DNA of 64,000 nt from Octopus sinensis (Eukaryota), in the NCBI RefSeq assembly GCF_006345805.1, contig NC_043002.1, positions 2,046,001 through 2,110,000 on the forward strand. Reading direction: 5' to 3'. Every line of letters starts with the position of its first letter. The stretch's first letter is position 1. Positions 1 to 13,559 of the stretch are shown piece after piece. Under the pieces are notes generated by a model. The model saw nothing but the letters and a program-made list of their open reading frames with translations, was not told where the DNA came from and did no database searches. The position numbers and the translations under genes are program-made.

Positions 1-1046
1 ATCTGAAGGCTTTCGGAAGGCTTGGACTCCGCTTTGTCCCATATCTCTTTGTAACTGTATGGAACTTCAACAAATATTGTTATCTGTATTTATATGAACT
101 ATGTACGGGTTGCAAGAATGCTTGTTTATATATGTGTGTGTGTTTTGTGTTAATGTCCTTATGTATTGGATGTATATATGCATACGTTTATGGTTAGATG
201 CGTAGATATTTGTTGATAGATGAACAAATCCATAGATAGATTGCTACATATACACGGATATTTGTGTCAGGTTGATATTGATTTTTAATAAATTAAAGAT
301 TAAGAAATTGCCACCGTATGCAGTCATATCAGCAAATATAAATATTAATGAAAGAAAGAAAAAATAACAATTGATTTAGGACTGAAATAAGATATTATAT
401 TCCAAAAAAAATTCTTGTTATATAAAAACCAAATATTCGAAAAAATGATTAAAGAGACCCTAAACAAGACCCCTTTCAGCTTTGCCCCCCTGAAATTTTA
501 TGATGTAATTCTTTTCCACTAGTTTCCAATAAGATGATATCGTCAAACACTTATGAGACACTATATCATCTTATTTTATGTATTGACCAGCAAATGGCAT
601 TGTGTTCTTTTCGGTATGTTGCTTGAAATAGATGGAATAACAGGAAATCGGTTAGTATCGTATTCCCCTATTTTTTAGAATAGCTGAATGCTCCAATAAC
701 TTTAAACTGCACAATACGAAAAAAATCAATATTTATTCCAAATGGAAAATACATATTTCACATTTTTAGTAGTTGGTAGCATAATGCACGTCTCAACAAT
801 GTTTTGGCATTATCTTGTACAAATCTTTTGTTCTTTTTTTCGAATACAATCGATGAAATGGCAAGATTTACAAACACAGTTCATATCATAATTCTATATA
901 CTGTTCCATACTTTTTCTTTTCCATCTTACAAAATAAACCTCTTCAAAGTGATGGAGTCATTGCATCTTCCTACCTTCTTACAGACATTTTTCGGTTACA
1001 AATATTTAGAAATTAAATATCCCTGTCACAATGGCGAAGTTATATT

Positions 1047-1201
1047 TGTGTGTGAGAGTGTGTTTCTGTGTGCGCATGCGTAAGTTTGAGTTTAAGTGTG
1101 CGCACACACACACACACACACACACAAACACATATATATATATATATATTATATATATGTATGTATGTATTTATATGTATGTATGCATATATATATGTAT
1201 G

Positions 1202-1237
<36 letters not shown>

Positions 1238-1285
1238 ATATATATATATATATAAGTATATATATATATGTATTTATATATATAA
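1047..1285. repeat. Compound (TG)n/(CA)n/(TA)n/(TATG)n microsatellite
   Basis: Direct reading; explains the YI/HT-repeat ORFs here. Confidence 0.95.
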
Positions 1286-1431
1286 AATTTGATTAGAGGT
1301 TATTTTAGCCTCATGAAGGGATGGTTTCATGCAAGGATATACTGGTTCAATACCTAATATTTGGGGCGGGAGAATTGATTTCCTTAAAATAGTAGGTTTG
1401 TATTTAGAAACCTATTGTTTATATTCATATA

Positions 1432-1471
<40 letters not shown>

Positions 1472-1722
1472 AGAAGAAGAAGAAGAATATCTATCTTACT
1501 ACCAACAAAGCTTAAACCCTTCGCTTGCACACATAATAATACAAATCATAAATAGTATCATTCAGTCTGTTATAATGAATCTATAAACAAATATATATAT
1601 ATATATTTGTATATTTTTGTTCCCTCTGAAGATATTATGCTCAGAAATATGGACTTGATATTTAATTAATTCATTGAGTATATTTGAAACAGCTGTAAAT
1701 GATGATGTTCAATTTGCTGATA

Positions 1723-1777
<55 letters not shown>

Positions 1778-2169
1778 TATATATAATTAAATAAGGGTAG
1801 AAATTGCAATTAATCAATCAAAACCAGTGGCCTAGCATTTTTAGAAACATCCGAAGATTAAAAGTTTTCTTACATACAAAATTTAAAGTAGTGACCACTA
1901 AAAGAAATGGACACCCTATATGCTAGATATAGACGTCATAATTGCCATTTTCTACGAAGAATGTATTCTCAAGAAAAAAATTCCGCAAAAAACCAAAGTG
2001 TAAAAATAAGCAAGTGGTCAGTCCTCTAAATTTTGTGTGTGTGTGTATGTATATATATATATATAATCATCATTATTATCATTATTATTAGTTGTAGTAT
2101 AAACAGATATATTAATTTACTATATACGCATTAGCATTCCGCTAGATCACCCATAGGATTTTTATGGTA

Positions 2170-2700
2170 AACACATATATGCTGGCAGATGGATTTGCTC
2201 GATATTTGCCGAGCGAGCGGTCCTCACTGGTAATAGGCTAGACTGAAGAATGGTGCCGCTGGAGCCAAATCTGCAGTTACCTTGACAATGGTAACGACAG
2301 GGTTTTTGATGTGGACATAGTAGAGGTTTGTCTATATTGGCAGCCTCATTGGTCAGTGTTCCTATTGTAGTAGCAGTAGCAGACTGTTGTTGTTGTTGTT
2401 GTTGTTGCTGTAGCGGCAATTAAACTTGTCTTGCAACAGTAGGGCTGGGTGGAATCAGGTCAAATAGTGGTGCCATACACGGTGCTTCCAATGTAGTAGC
2501 AGTAGCAGACCGTTGTTGTTGTGGTAGTGAGTCCTGGCTTGCCACGGTAGTGTTGGGTGGAATTAGGTCAGATAACGATATCAATGAGGATGTTGTTTGT
2601 TGCTGGCTAGCAGGTCATTGAAGTGACCCTGACCTGTTGGAGTTGGGTCAGTTGGTGCACTACATCCATTGACAAATATGGCTGCTAGTGTTGCCATGGT
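2170..2700 (-). mobile_element. Decayed LINE ORF1-like fragment (CR1/L2 group) with CCCH-type zinc-finger relic
   Basis: Minus-strand KPCRYHCQGNCRFGSSG resembles the CxxYxxGxCRxGxSG zinc finger of invertebrate CR1-group ORF1; upstream P/Q/T-rich linker with stops; 126-bp internal duplication. Confidence 0.45.
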
Positions 2701-2862
2701 AATTTCTTTTATTTTGTTTCCGATCTGTTTTACAGATCAGTAAAACGACTGTGACGCTAATTTTTCAGCGATTTTACCGTAAACATTAGCTATTACACAT
2801 TCTTTATGGAATATGATTGACCATATTCAGTTGATGGGACAGTATTATACACTGTACGATAC

Positions 2863-2899
<37 letters not shown>

Positions 2900-3134
2900 C
2901 ATATATATAAATATATATATACATACATGTATATATATAATATAAATAATATATATATAACTATATATGCACATATATATGTACATACATATATATCTGT
3001 ATATACATGCATATATGGGTAGAGGACGTCAAAACAAACGGGAACAAAATGAAAAATGAGAACATAACAAAGCAAAAACATAGAAAACGAACTTTTTTCG
3101 AACGAAAGAAACAAATATATATTTCCTTTATCTT

Positions 3135-3630
3135 TTACCTTTTACTTTTTACTCGGTGATGTTTCCGATATTGTTTTTGGTGAAGCAGCGAGTTGGACTG
3201 AACGGAGCTGCTTTTTTTTTGTGTCTTCTGCCGCGATGTGGGTTCATCTGGAATCTCAGTTAGAAACCCGTCCAGACGTTCCTTAAAAACTTCCACATCA
3301 ACACCATGTAGACCTCTAAGGTTGCCGGGAAGGATGCTGAACAATTGCGGACCCTTGAAACCTAGACTATTCTAGTACTGTGTCCTCATTTTAGATGGGG
3401 AAGACGGATCTTTCCTATGGTGCAGTGCCATCCAGTTCGAGGATAGATATAGCTGTCAATTCCAAAATTGGGAGCTAAACCCTCCAACATCTTCCAAATA
3501 TATATCACCGCATATCTCTCTCGTCTTCTCTCCAAGGAATGAAGACTCAGCTTCCTTAGCCTCTCCCAGTTGCCCATCTTTTGCATCGAGTCATTTTTTG
3601 TTCTGTATTAGCGCTGGATTGCACACACAT
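3135..3630 (-). mobile_element. 5'-truncated CR1/L2-group LINE, ORF2 C-terminus
   Basis: WERLRKLSLHSLERRRERYAVIYIWKMLEGLAPN and FSILPGNLRGLHGVDVEVFKERLDGFLTEIPDEP are typical C-terminal ORF2 motifs; frameshifted. Confidence 0.8.
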
Positions 3631-5888
3631 ATACTTTGTTGGTTATGTTTTCAGAGAATGATTATACACTTCGCCGCCATCGACCCTCCACTTTTCATCA
3701 GTTGATCAACGATTGTTCAATATATCAGAAACGGTACAATGAATGCATTAGACTTACCTTTCTGGCTCTTGTTACTAAATGAGCGGGCTCTGAATTTGGC
3801 ACAAGTGAATTTCCATTTAAAACTAATGCAATATTTTAGTTTGTTAGTATTTTGCATTCGTATTTAAAGCAGGCATCAAAAGTCGAAGTTGAGAACGAGT
3901 GTTCAATGCTTAGGCCAATATGGAGTCGATTTCCGCTGACGAAACATGAATCCGCGTTTTCGAGGCTTAAACTCTTTACATGATTAGCGGATTCGAATAT
4001 ACTTGGTGTCATGATTTCAAATGAAAATCTGAAATTATATTTGTGATGGTTTTATCTTTGTAAGTTATTTGATATAATTACATGAAACCATAATTTGAAA
4101 ATATTATTATGCAAATTTTAATATCATGTTATTTCAGAGAAGCTACAAAATGTTAGCGACCATAAAAACATTAAATATGATAGCAAACAAAGTTGATAAA
4201 TTGTACACCTAGAAATTATAAAAACTACACGCTCAAATCATCAAAAACTTTACAAACCAAAATTTAGAGACTGAAACGGTTAAATGCTTCGAATAAATGA
4301 GGAAGAAGTTAATGAAGTGATTGCTAGTATTGAAATCCCTAGCATATCAGATCGATCGACTCTGCTTAGTTTTGAGCTTAACAGTGTTATAAACCAAACC
4401 GAACAACTGTTTGAAGTGATATAGAAAACCTTTGTCATCTTAAAGAAAGAAAAACATCCTTTTTCGCAGCATCATTATTCAGATCTATTGGATCGCATTT
4501 TGAACAGAGGAGAGCTATTTGAGAATACTACTACTATTCTTCCCGGAAAAAACACGTGGCAATAAAATAGGTAATGGTAACCTTGGTGCAGCGTTTACCA
4601 GTATTTTAGAACCCAGGGAGCAGGGATGACATAACATCTAGATAAATACTTGATAAGATTAACATACCTTGCAGGTGAAGAACCGAGGAAATTAAACGGC
4701 TTTTTTCCCCCATAAATAGAAACTTGGATGAGATCTTGAATCATGAAACCTCTTCATACTCTCTAACACAACTCTTCATAAGGCATTCAAATTTTGCTTA
4801 AAATCAGATGTTTTGGTAAGTATTAAGGATGGAACCAGCCGAACCAATACATGACCATATAAGGAGCTCTTGGACCAGGTGAAATATTTCTTTAGACATT
4901 TCTTTGATCAATTGTTCATAGAAAGTCTGGTGATATTTTAAAATTATTTTTGAATCAACAAACCGACTCTCGCCAACAAGTTTCTGGTAAGAGAAAATAT
5001 AATATTTTCACAAATGCAGAGAAGAAAATGGAATGTTTCCATAACATTCGGTATAGCGTATGAAACGACGAGTTTGTACAATAACGGTGAAGAATCGGGT
5101 ACACAATATAGGAAAATAAAACTCCGGTAGGAGAAACAAATGATGAGGTGGTGTAGACTAATATTTTACTATTTTCCCTTCATGCTATCTCCTACTCGGC
5201 CATCCCTTGGAACTGGTCATATCGCCTGGTGCAGATGCTGGAATACTTGTAATCCATCATGCTTACAGCCAACCTTAAGCAGAAAACTAACTTTCATTCA
5301 AAGGTGGAAAAGAATCCCCAAAATGATCTCTGTCATACTTAATTTCCCACCAGCTTTCAAATTTAAAGGAAACTACAGTGAATCACGATGAAGAAAAATA
5401 CCGCTGATCCTCCATGTTTTATGTCACCACATCGAAAAGGTTTTGTGTTGCAGTGTGACTTCAGGTAAGATTAGTCCATATTTGAATGTTCGCTAGTAAG
5501 AACAAATCTAAAATGAAGAATTTCGAAGGATTGCTTGAGCCAATGAGAGAACGTCTGTTGTGTTTTCAGAAGATGTGAGTTCGAATGCCAAAGGCAGACT
5601 TCGAGTTCTTCTGTACAAACATTGGTTTCTGTTACACCAATATTCCCGCGCTATTCTTCTTAGTCTTATCTACATCGACTTCAACTGTTAAAAATGAATT
5701 ATTTCACTTCCCAGAAAATTTTTAAAGTATTTCTTGCATTAAATCTTTTTATTTTTTTGCTTTAGTGTTTTAGTTGTACTGTTTTGTTTTAGTCTTTGAC
5801 CATTTACATGTGAGGTATTTATATTTATCTTGTGCAGATTCTGTTTGCTATTGCAAGTATATTGCATATTGTTCCTAAGAACTTTTTA

Positions 5889-6219
5889 ACGTGGCTGTGT
5901 AGTAGAAAGTTTACTTCCCATCCATATCGTTCCGTGCTCCGTTTCACTGCTAGGACTTTGGGTAAGTACCTTCAGCTATAGTCTTGGTCCGACAAAAGCC
6001 TTCTCTGTTGATTTGGTCGAAGGAAACTGAAAGAAACCCATGTTGTATATGGTGTGATTACGTCTCCGTAACTTGGCAGTTCGGCCAAAATGACCGACAA
6101 AATGAGTACCAGACTTTCAAAACAAATAACTACTGGCGTCGACTCGTTCGACTAAAATTCTTCAAGGCGGTGCCCCAGCATGGCCGCAGACTAATGAGTG
6201 AAACAAGTAAAAGAAAAGA
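5889..6219 (+). mobile_element. tRNA-derived SINE, family A (diverged copy)
   Basis: Head GTGGCTGTGTAGTAG and tail AAGGCGGTGCCCCAGCATGGCCGCAG...GAAACAAGTAAAAGA match the copy at 30885-31311. Confidence 0.85.
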
Positions 6220-7409
6220 GATGTCACTAAAATATGTTATTAAAAGATTTACGCTCTCCATAAAACGAAAGATTTTATAGAGATAAACTAATTAAAACGC
6301 TACAATCGTTTGAATGTTGTTACCTCAAAAAGATGGGTTCATATTCTGGCAGGCCCTCTTGTCGTTTGTTAGGGTGATTATTGTTCACTTAACTGAAATT
6401 CTGTTTTCGATGATTGTCTTTAATGCGATGCCAAAAGATAAAGTTTTGTATCAATTCGAAATGAGTGGTTGCTGAGCTTCAACGCCACCATATAGTTATG
6501 GTATTCAATTTATGTCCGGTAGGTTTCAATTAGCTGCTCTGTGCTTTTTTTCTTTCTTTTGTATATAGAAGTCTACTTATCATTACACTAATATGTAAAG
6601 ATTTTGTATTCAGATGTGAACAATAAAACATATGTTGTATTATTTGTAATAACTGGCAAAGTTGGATCAGCTTCGTCTGTAACAGATATATATATATCAA
6701 TGGAAGCGAAAATTATAGCATTGTAATGTAACAAATATTGAAAAGCCAATATTTCATAGTTGGAAATTATGGTTTATAGAAAGGAGAAAATTATGATGTC
6801 AAGTAAAGACAATTGTTGCCAAAATGGTGTATTGTTACAGTTAAAAATATTATAAACGAACCAACAGCAAATCATAACACCACGAAATTACAACCTTTCG
6901 GTGGTGTCGTTACCAATTTGTTTGATCGTCTACAGAGGAGTATATAATATTGTATATTTTAAAGTTTAGTTCAGACAATCTGAGCGGGATTCAAGGAGGA
7001 AACAAAATGGTGTAAGGAGTGGTGGTCACTAACTCCAACATGTGCTCACAAAGCAAGCCATGTAAGGCAGAAATCGTCTTTGATTCGAAAAGGGTTCTTG
7101 TTCTCTTTCTCTTTTGTCTCATTCCTTTTCCCCCTTTTTTATAAATGGTACAAACCGAAAGCTTAGATTTCTCCTCTTTCATTGACTTGTTTTTATTTTC
7201 ATTCTTCACATTCTTCCGTTGTTATTGTTGTAATATTTGTTGTGTTTCATATCTGTTCATTTCTTTTTATCCAAGTGTTACACTTCTCTGACTTCGTGTA
7301 TGTTTTGCTGTTTCTTCTTTATCTCATTATCTTACTTGTTTCATGTGTGTGTGTGTGTGTATGTGTGTGTATTTGTGTGTGTGCGTGTGTGTGTATGTGT
7401 GTGTGTGTG

Positions 7410-7445
<36 letters not shown>

Positions 7446-8183
7446 GAAAAGAAAACTAGCTCTAATATTCTGAAGTGTTGAATATCTTACTGAAAACGTC
7501 ATCGGTTAATCAAAGTCCACCAATGTTAAACTGTCAATGTTCTAAGTAAATGTGTGACCTGCAAACGTTTGTATAGGAATTCTTGTTACGACCAAACTTA
7601 CATATAAAATGACCAAATAGATTAAAAGAAACTTCCTTGAAAGGCAGAAAAACTATCACCTAAATAGCAAAAGTAAATATAACGTTTTTTTTTATTCCGT
7701 AAACTAAATACTGGAAATCTAGTTTATTTCAGTACACGTTATGAGCTGGTGTTCTAAAAAGGTTTGATTTGGTGTATTAAAATTCTGATTTGTTCAATAT
7801 TTGCCGTTAATCGATTCCTGCTACTTAAGTCTCTTACTTACACTTGTGAAAGTTTGAGCAATAAGTCTCTTCGAAATAATAAAACTAAACTCATGATGTG
7901 AATAGCTCATAAGTATAATGGAAGGAACAATGTACAGACTTGTTATTAAGGCTTTCGATATTTTATGTAGTTTCCCACTTAGGCACGACACAAAATATGT
8001 CCGATGTTTAAAATAGAAGATTGTAACATTCATTTATTTCCCAAATAAAATAAATTTAGTATTGACAGAATGAATGTCAGGATGTTTTCAGTATAGACTG
8101 ACTAATGATTCAGATGGAGTCCGTGGCACTGTCATCTGCCCAAGAGCAGATTCAATTCTTAAGAGCTGTATTACTAATACTTA

Positions 8184-8657
8184 GTAATGGTCATCAAATC
8201 TAAGTAGAGACTTCAAACTTGAAATCTTCAAAGCCACAGTCGAACCAATTCTACTATATGGCTCAGAAGCCTGGACGTTATGAAAGAAGCTTGAGAGGCG
8301 GTTGGATGGAACCTACACTCGCCTCCTTATGAGAGCTCAAAATCTCTCGTGGAAGCGTCATCTAACCAAAATGCAAATATATGGGAAACAACCACCTGTA
8401 TCATCTCTTGTGAAAGGTAGGAGAGTCCAGTTTGCTGGACATTGTTGTAGAGCTGAAAAAGAGGTAATTTCTACTCTTCTCCTCTGGAAGCCCTCTGCTC
8501 GTGATACCAGAGGGCGCACACTCTCCTACCCTGATGTAATCTCCAGGGATACAGGCATCCAGCAACAGGACCTCCGTAATGCCATGATGGACCGTGAAGT
8601 CTGGCGTAGCATGGTCAATTCCATTGTCTTGACCACGGTCGAACGATGATGATGATG
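8184..8657 (+). mobile_element. 5'-truncated RTE-X-like LINE with (TGA)n tail and 11-bp TSD
   Basis: FKATVEPILLYGSEAWTL...LDGTYTRLLMRAQNLSW...RRVQFAGHCCRA...MMDREVWR; tail (GAT)n; ACTAATACTTA duplicated at 8173-8183 and 8658-8668. Confidence 0.9.
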
Positions 8658-8715
8658 ACTAATACTTATTTGATCGAGCAAAGAGAGATTCGAGATCAGA
8701 ATATGGAGAAATGAA

Positions 8716-8770
8716 ACACTGCATGACATTTATCTCCGTACACTGCATGACATTTATCTCCGTACACTGC
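8716..8770. repeat. 24-bp tandem duplication (ACACTGCATGACATTTATCTCCGT x2.3)
   Basis: Exact repeat read directly. Confidence 0.9.
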
Positions 8771-9335
8771 CCTTTCCCGTAAGTTCCCTACCATAGCAAC
8801 AAAAAACATTTTTGATAATAACAAAACTGTTTTATTTTCTGGCGCATTTCAATATATTTAGTTTTCATGTATTTGTTATATTTAATCTTATCATCCGAAA
8901 CACTCTTTGCTCTCCACACTAGTAAATTCGAACAACGGAATGTGAGCTTTGAAAATTTGAATATATATGTATAAAATATTATTTTCCAAAAATCTATTCA
9001 TAACATGAAAAGAGAAGAGAAAAAATCTGATATAAAATATAAAACTGTTAATGTTTGAAGAAATGATATTTAATCTTCTCGAATTTCAAGCAAACAAAAG
9101 AAAGAGATTTCCCACGAAACAGAACACATGACGGAAGCGCTGGAGACAAACTCATTGAATTTGGGAAGACAAAAATAAAACTAAAAGAAAGATGTCAATG
9201 GTTTGTGATATTTTCTTTTAAGATATATATGTTTCTAAATTACACACACACACACACACATACACATATATATGTGTGTGGAGATATATACGATTGACAA
9301 GTCGTCTATAAAGCTAAACGTTTTAAGTATATATA

Positions 9336-9367
<32 letters not shown>

Positions 9368-10039
9368 GCATACGTACATATTTACTTGTATATTATACAT
9401 GTACTTACATATATGTAAATGTATAGGGTCATATATATATGTGCGTGTGTCTGTGTGTATCTGTGTGTGTATGTGTCTGTATGTGGGTGTATATGTATAA
9501 ATCTCTTCATTTGTATACGTTCGTGTATATTTGTGAATATATGTGTGTAGATGGATATATGTAAATCTATGCTGGTATATATTCATACATACGTGTTTAT
9601 GTATGTTAATATATATTATAATTACTAGTATATAATATTTATACACAATAATATACCCACCTTTCATTCGTACATATATTCATACACATAGACACATATA
9701 CATATATGTTTATATATATATATACAGAGAAAGAGAGAGACGTTTGGCCATATACATGTGTGTGTGTGTGTTTATGCTTATATGTATACAAATATAAATG
9801 TCTATTAATATATATATACTTATATATATATGTATGTATGTGTGTATGTATATGGAAATGTGTATATATGCGCGTATGCATGTATAAGTTTCCTTACTGC
9901 TGTGTTTACGTGTGTCTTATTCCCATTAAAACGGGAAAATTCGTCAAGAAATGAAAATTGTTGCAGAAAAAATTGAAGATAAGTTTATTTAGACATTCTA
10001 TACATACTCATTTCTCAATGTTTCAAATAATTATATAAG

Positions 10040-10075
<36 letters not shown>

Positions 10076-10092
10076 ATTTTTTTTATTTCGGC

Positions 10093-10109
10093 TATATTTT
10101 CATACATAT

Positions 10110-10197
<88 letters not shown>

Positions 10198-10198
10198 T
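10093..10198. repeat. (GATA)n/(GACA)n microsatellite
   Basis: Direct reading. Confidence 0.95.
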
Positions 10199-10289
10199 CA
10201 GACATACAATATTTTTAATCTCCCTCATCTACATCCTCCTCCTCACCATCATCATTATTATTATTATTAATATTAATATTAATATTATT

Positions 10290-10600
10290 AAGGCTGTGAC
10301 CTGTCAGAACCGTTAGCACCCTGGAGAAAATATTATGCAGCGTTTTGTCGAGGTAATCGACTTTGCCGTCGACTTTCTCCTCGCAAACGTCTGGCCTTGA
10401 GCTAAAATTTGAAGTCATTGAGCTGACAGAATCGCTAGGATGTTGATGAAAAGGCTTCAATATATTTTGTCTGTGTTTACGTTCCCAGCCGAGGTGGACT
10501 TTCCGTTTCATCCTGGGGTCGATAAAGTAAGTAACAGTGGAGCGCTGGGGGTCGATGTACTCAACTTATCTCATCCACAAAACTACTTGCCATGTGCCAA
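10290..10600 (+). mobile_element. SINE family B, degenerate copy
   Basis: GTCAGAACCGTTAGCAC head and GAGGTGGACTTT...GTCGATAAAGTAAGTAACAG...GGGGTCGATGTA body match 13797-14015. Confidence 0.65.
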
Positions 10601-10817
10601 AATTTCGTCTTTAATACAATTCATAAATTCATCATTTGTTACATTTGGCGAGCCTTTCTTGCCTTACACTCAATCCAAGTATATGGCAGTGGTTGGTCCG
10701 TAACACAACACCTCCCGGTCATATCTCCTTCACAAGAGGCCGATCATTTGTCGCAGAAGAACTCATTCTGCTTTATAGGAATTAGATTAATTTTTGTCAA
10801 TATTTGGTCTTTCTAAC

Positions 10818-11030
10818 GCGGTGGATTGGCAGAGTCGTTAATACGACGGGCAAAATGCTTAACATATTTCGTCCGTCTTTACGATCTGAGTTCAAATTCC
10901 CCCGTGGTCGATTATGCTTTTCATCCTTTCAGGATTGATAAGTACCAGCTGAGAACTGGAGTCGATAAAATCGACCTACACCCTCCGCACAAATTTTCTG
11001 GTCTTGTGCCAAACTTTCAAGTCAATATTT
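10818..11030 (+). mobile_element. SINE family B
   Basis: TGGCAGAGTCGTTA (A box-like), GAGTTCAAATTCC (B box), GATAAGTACCAG...ACTGGAGTCGAT body, CTTGTGCC tail. Confidence 0.85.
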
Positions 11031-12095
11031 GGTCATTCCCTTGGCGATTATTTTAACCCGCAAGATATAGATTAATCGGCAGACATGTTGTGGTTTAGTA
11101 GTAAACTGTGTCATCTGTTAATCTTTGCTTTGGTCCTAGAGTTATTAGCAAAGAGACATCCAAGAACTTTATCTGGATCGTTTAAGATGATATTGATGAT
11201 GGTCGTTGCCTGGCATCACAGTAATTCACAGAAAGACAATAAACTAATTGCTTTGAAGATTGAATAAGACGCAAATATTATAAATATTGTAATTCTTTGA
11301 TAAAATGGATTTTCACTTCCTGCTGACGCAACATGCTAATAGATTCTGTTCAATATTTAGTTTTAACAAACAGAAACCTATTTCTAGTTTTCAATGGTTC
11401 CAATCTGCTTTTTCCTCGAAATGAGATTATTTTCTAACGTCATAGAGTTGAAAGAACTGATTTTCTCCAATCTTCATAAAGTAAGTTTATTCTTAATAGA
11501 GATACAATTTCGGTTTAATCATTCAAGTATTTATAGATGCGCTTTCCCCATCCAACTGTTGAGTTATCTTGTGATATATTTTTGTCGAATTTTCGAGAAG
11601 TATTTTACAACAGTCCTCAAGATTATTTTACTATTTCTCTATGTAAGCAAAGGAAATATTCCAGGCCTTTAATTTGCCATTCATATCATGTATTCTATAT
11701 TTGTGACAATAGAGTTGAACGATATAATGTTTATTTGACCCAGCATATTCAGTTGCTATGAATATGCAATGAGTGAAACATTCGTCTAATTTGCTATATC
11801 ACTGGTTATTAAAATCATATATAAACATACATGCATACATAGATACATGCATACATACATACATACATACATACATTCATATCTTTGCCATTTTCCTTTC
11901 TACAATGCTTCCAGCGCTCTTTCAAGAAAGACTTCCTGCTATTCATTAGAGTTACGTTTGCCTGTTCCAAATAAATTCTCCGTTGACAATGCATTTAAAG
12001 CCAGCAAGTTGCAAGTCTTTAAATAACCTGGTTGAAGAATTGGAATTGCAACAGAGGCAAGATGTCTTCCACTAATTAAATATTTCGATATCCGC

Positions 12096-12096
<1 letters not shown>

Positions 12097-12163
<67 letters not shown>

Positions 12164-12164
12164 A

Positions 12165-12197
<33 letters not shown>
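12097..12197. repeat. (TAG)n microsatellite
   Basis: Direct reading. Confidence 0.95.
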
Positions 12198-12224
12198 ATA
12201 CACCATTAATCTTGTTATTAAGAT

Positions 12225-12420
12225 TTCCAGTGGTGGGGATTGACTGAGTCGATGGAGCACCGGTTCTTATTTTGGCTAGGTATTTTCCGAGTCAAAATCC
12301 TGCCCATGTGATTTTTGCTATTCATCAATTTGTATCGATAAAATAAAGTACCAGCCAAATACTGTGGTTCATATCATTGATTAAACTCTAATCTTAGAAT
12401 TTGCTAACCTTGTACTTAAA
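12225..12420 (+). mobile_element. SINE family B, strongly degenerate
   Basis: GAGTCAAAATCC B-box-like; TCGATAAAATAAAGTACCAG...ACTGTGGTTCAT core. Confidence 0.55.
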
Positions 12421-12900
12421 TTACAAATAATTTTAACACTACGACCATCGCCATATACTCGTTGGTACGTTATTCACCACATATAGAGAGCATAAGGAAT
12501 TATAATTCTCTCCATTTACAGCCTCTGTTTCAAATTACAATGTGAAATGATTTCTTTTCATGCTGTTTGTTGGTCGCGCCCGGGTCGCTTTTCTTTTGTA
12601 TCTTTCTTTTTCGGATCAGATACTAAACTGTCAGAAAACTCCTGCAAATTTGATTCCAGCCCTTTTCTAACATCTTTGAAACTGTGAGAAAAATAACAGT
12701 GGTTACCTTAAAACATGAAGAATAAGACATAGACGTATCAGCTGGATCAACCAATCCTTTTGGGGCAGGGATATGCAGCTGTACCATGGTAACATTTATG
12801 CAAACATATCTACCAAACTTTTAAAAAAATTACGAACTTACTGCATATATTCTACCATCTTGTAGAAATGAACCTGTTTTCCACGAAATAGCTTTAAGGG

Positions 12901-12974
12901 TTAATACCAATCTAGTATTAATACCAATCTAGTATTAATACCAATCTAGTATTAATACCAATCTAGTATTAATA
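12901..12974. repeat. 17-bp perfect tandem repeat (TTAATACCAATCTAGTA) x4 plus partial
   Basis: Four identical units, no spacers. Confidence 0.95.
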
Positions 12975-13559
12975 AAAATACTAAAAATGAGAGAAAACAA
13001 TTTTCCTCTTTAAGGTTATATAAATGCTTCTGGAGTAGACACAATTAGCGGAATTTGTTCTGGAAATTTTGATTTATGAATTCATTAGCTCTCTTGTTCC
13101 AGTCAAGAGATGTCGAACTTCTAAATAAATGATCTCAGGAATGGTAATATTTTTGAGGCAGATACATTGTCTTAAGGAACGAACCACTCGCTCTAAAAGA
13201 ATGAGTTCTAAAGACAAATGTATATATTTGCAATATTATTCAGAAAAATAAGACGGCAAATACGTCAGATTCTTGTTGTGATGCCGTTTATTCAAATGTA
13301 TTTGTATAGAAAAATAGAAATTACTAAATTGGGAAGATTATTGCCATCTTTCCATTATAAATGTCTTGGTTAATCTACTCTACTAAAAGAAGATGAACTT
13401 ACCATGAAGGGGATCATAGATTTATATTGGTCACACCCTCTTAGTCTATTCTGGCTCGCAAATGTAATTTATACATTTATGCGTGTGTGTGAGTGAGTGT
13501 GTGTGTGTGTGTCTGTGTGTCTGTGTGTTATGCATACACACACACATATGTTGACGTCG

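Noticed and set aside
6877-6907. 11-bp hairpin ACACCAC-GAAA...TTTC-G-GTGGTGT
   Set aside because: Short, bulged, no Helitron CTRR end or other context; expected by chance in 64 kb
12054-12064. AGGCAAGATGT, matching the 5' half of miR-31
   Set aside because: Match stops after 11 nt and no precursor hairpin is evident
12901-12974. CRISPR-like appearance of the 17-bp repeats
   Set aside because: No spacers, eukaryotic context, no cas genes
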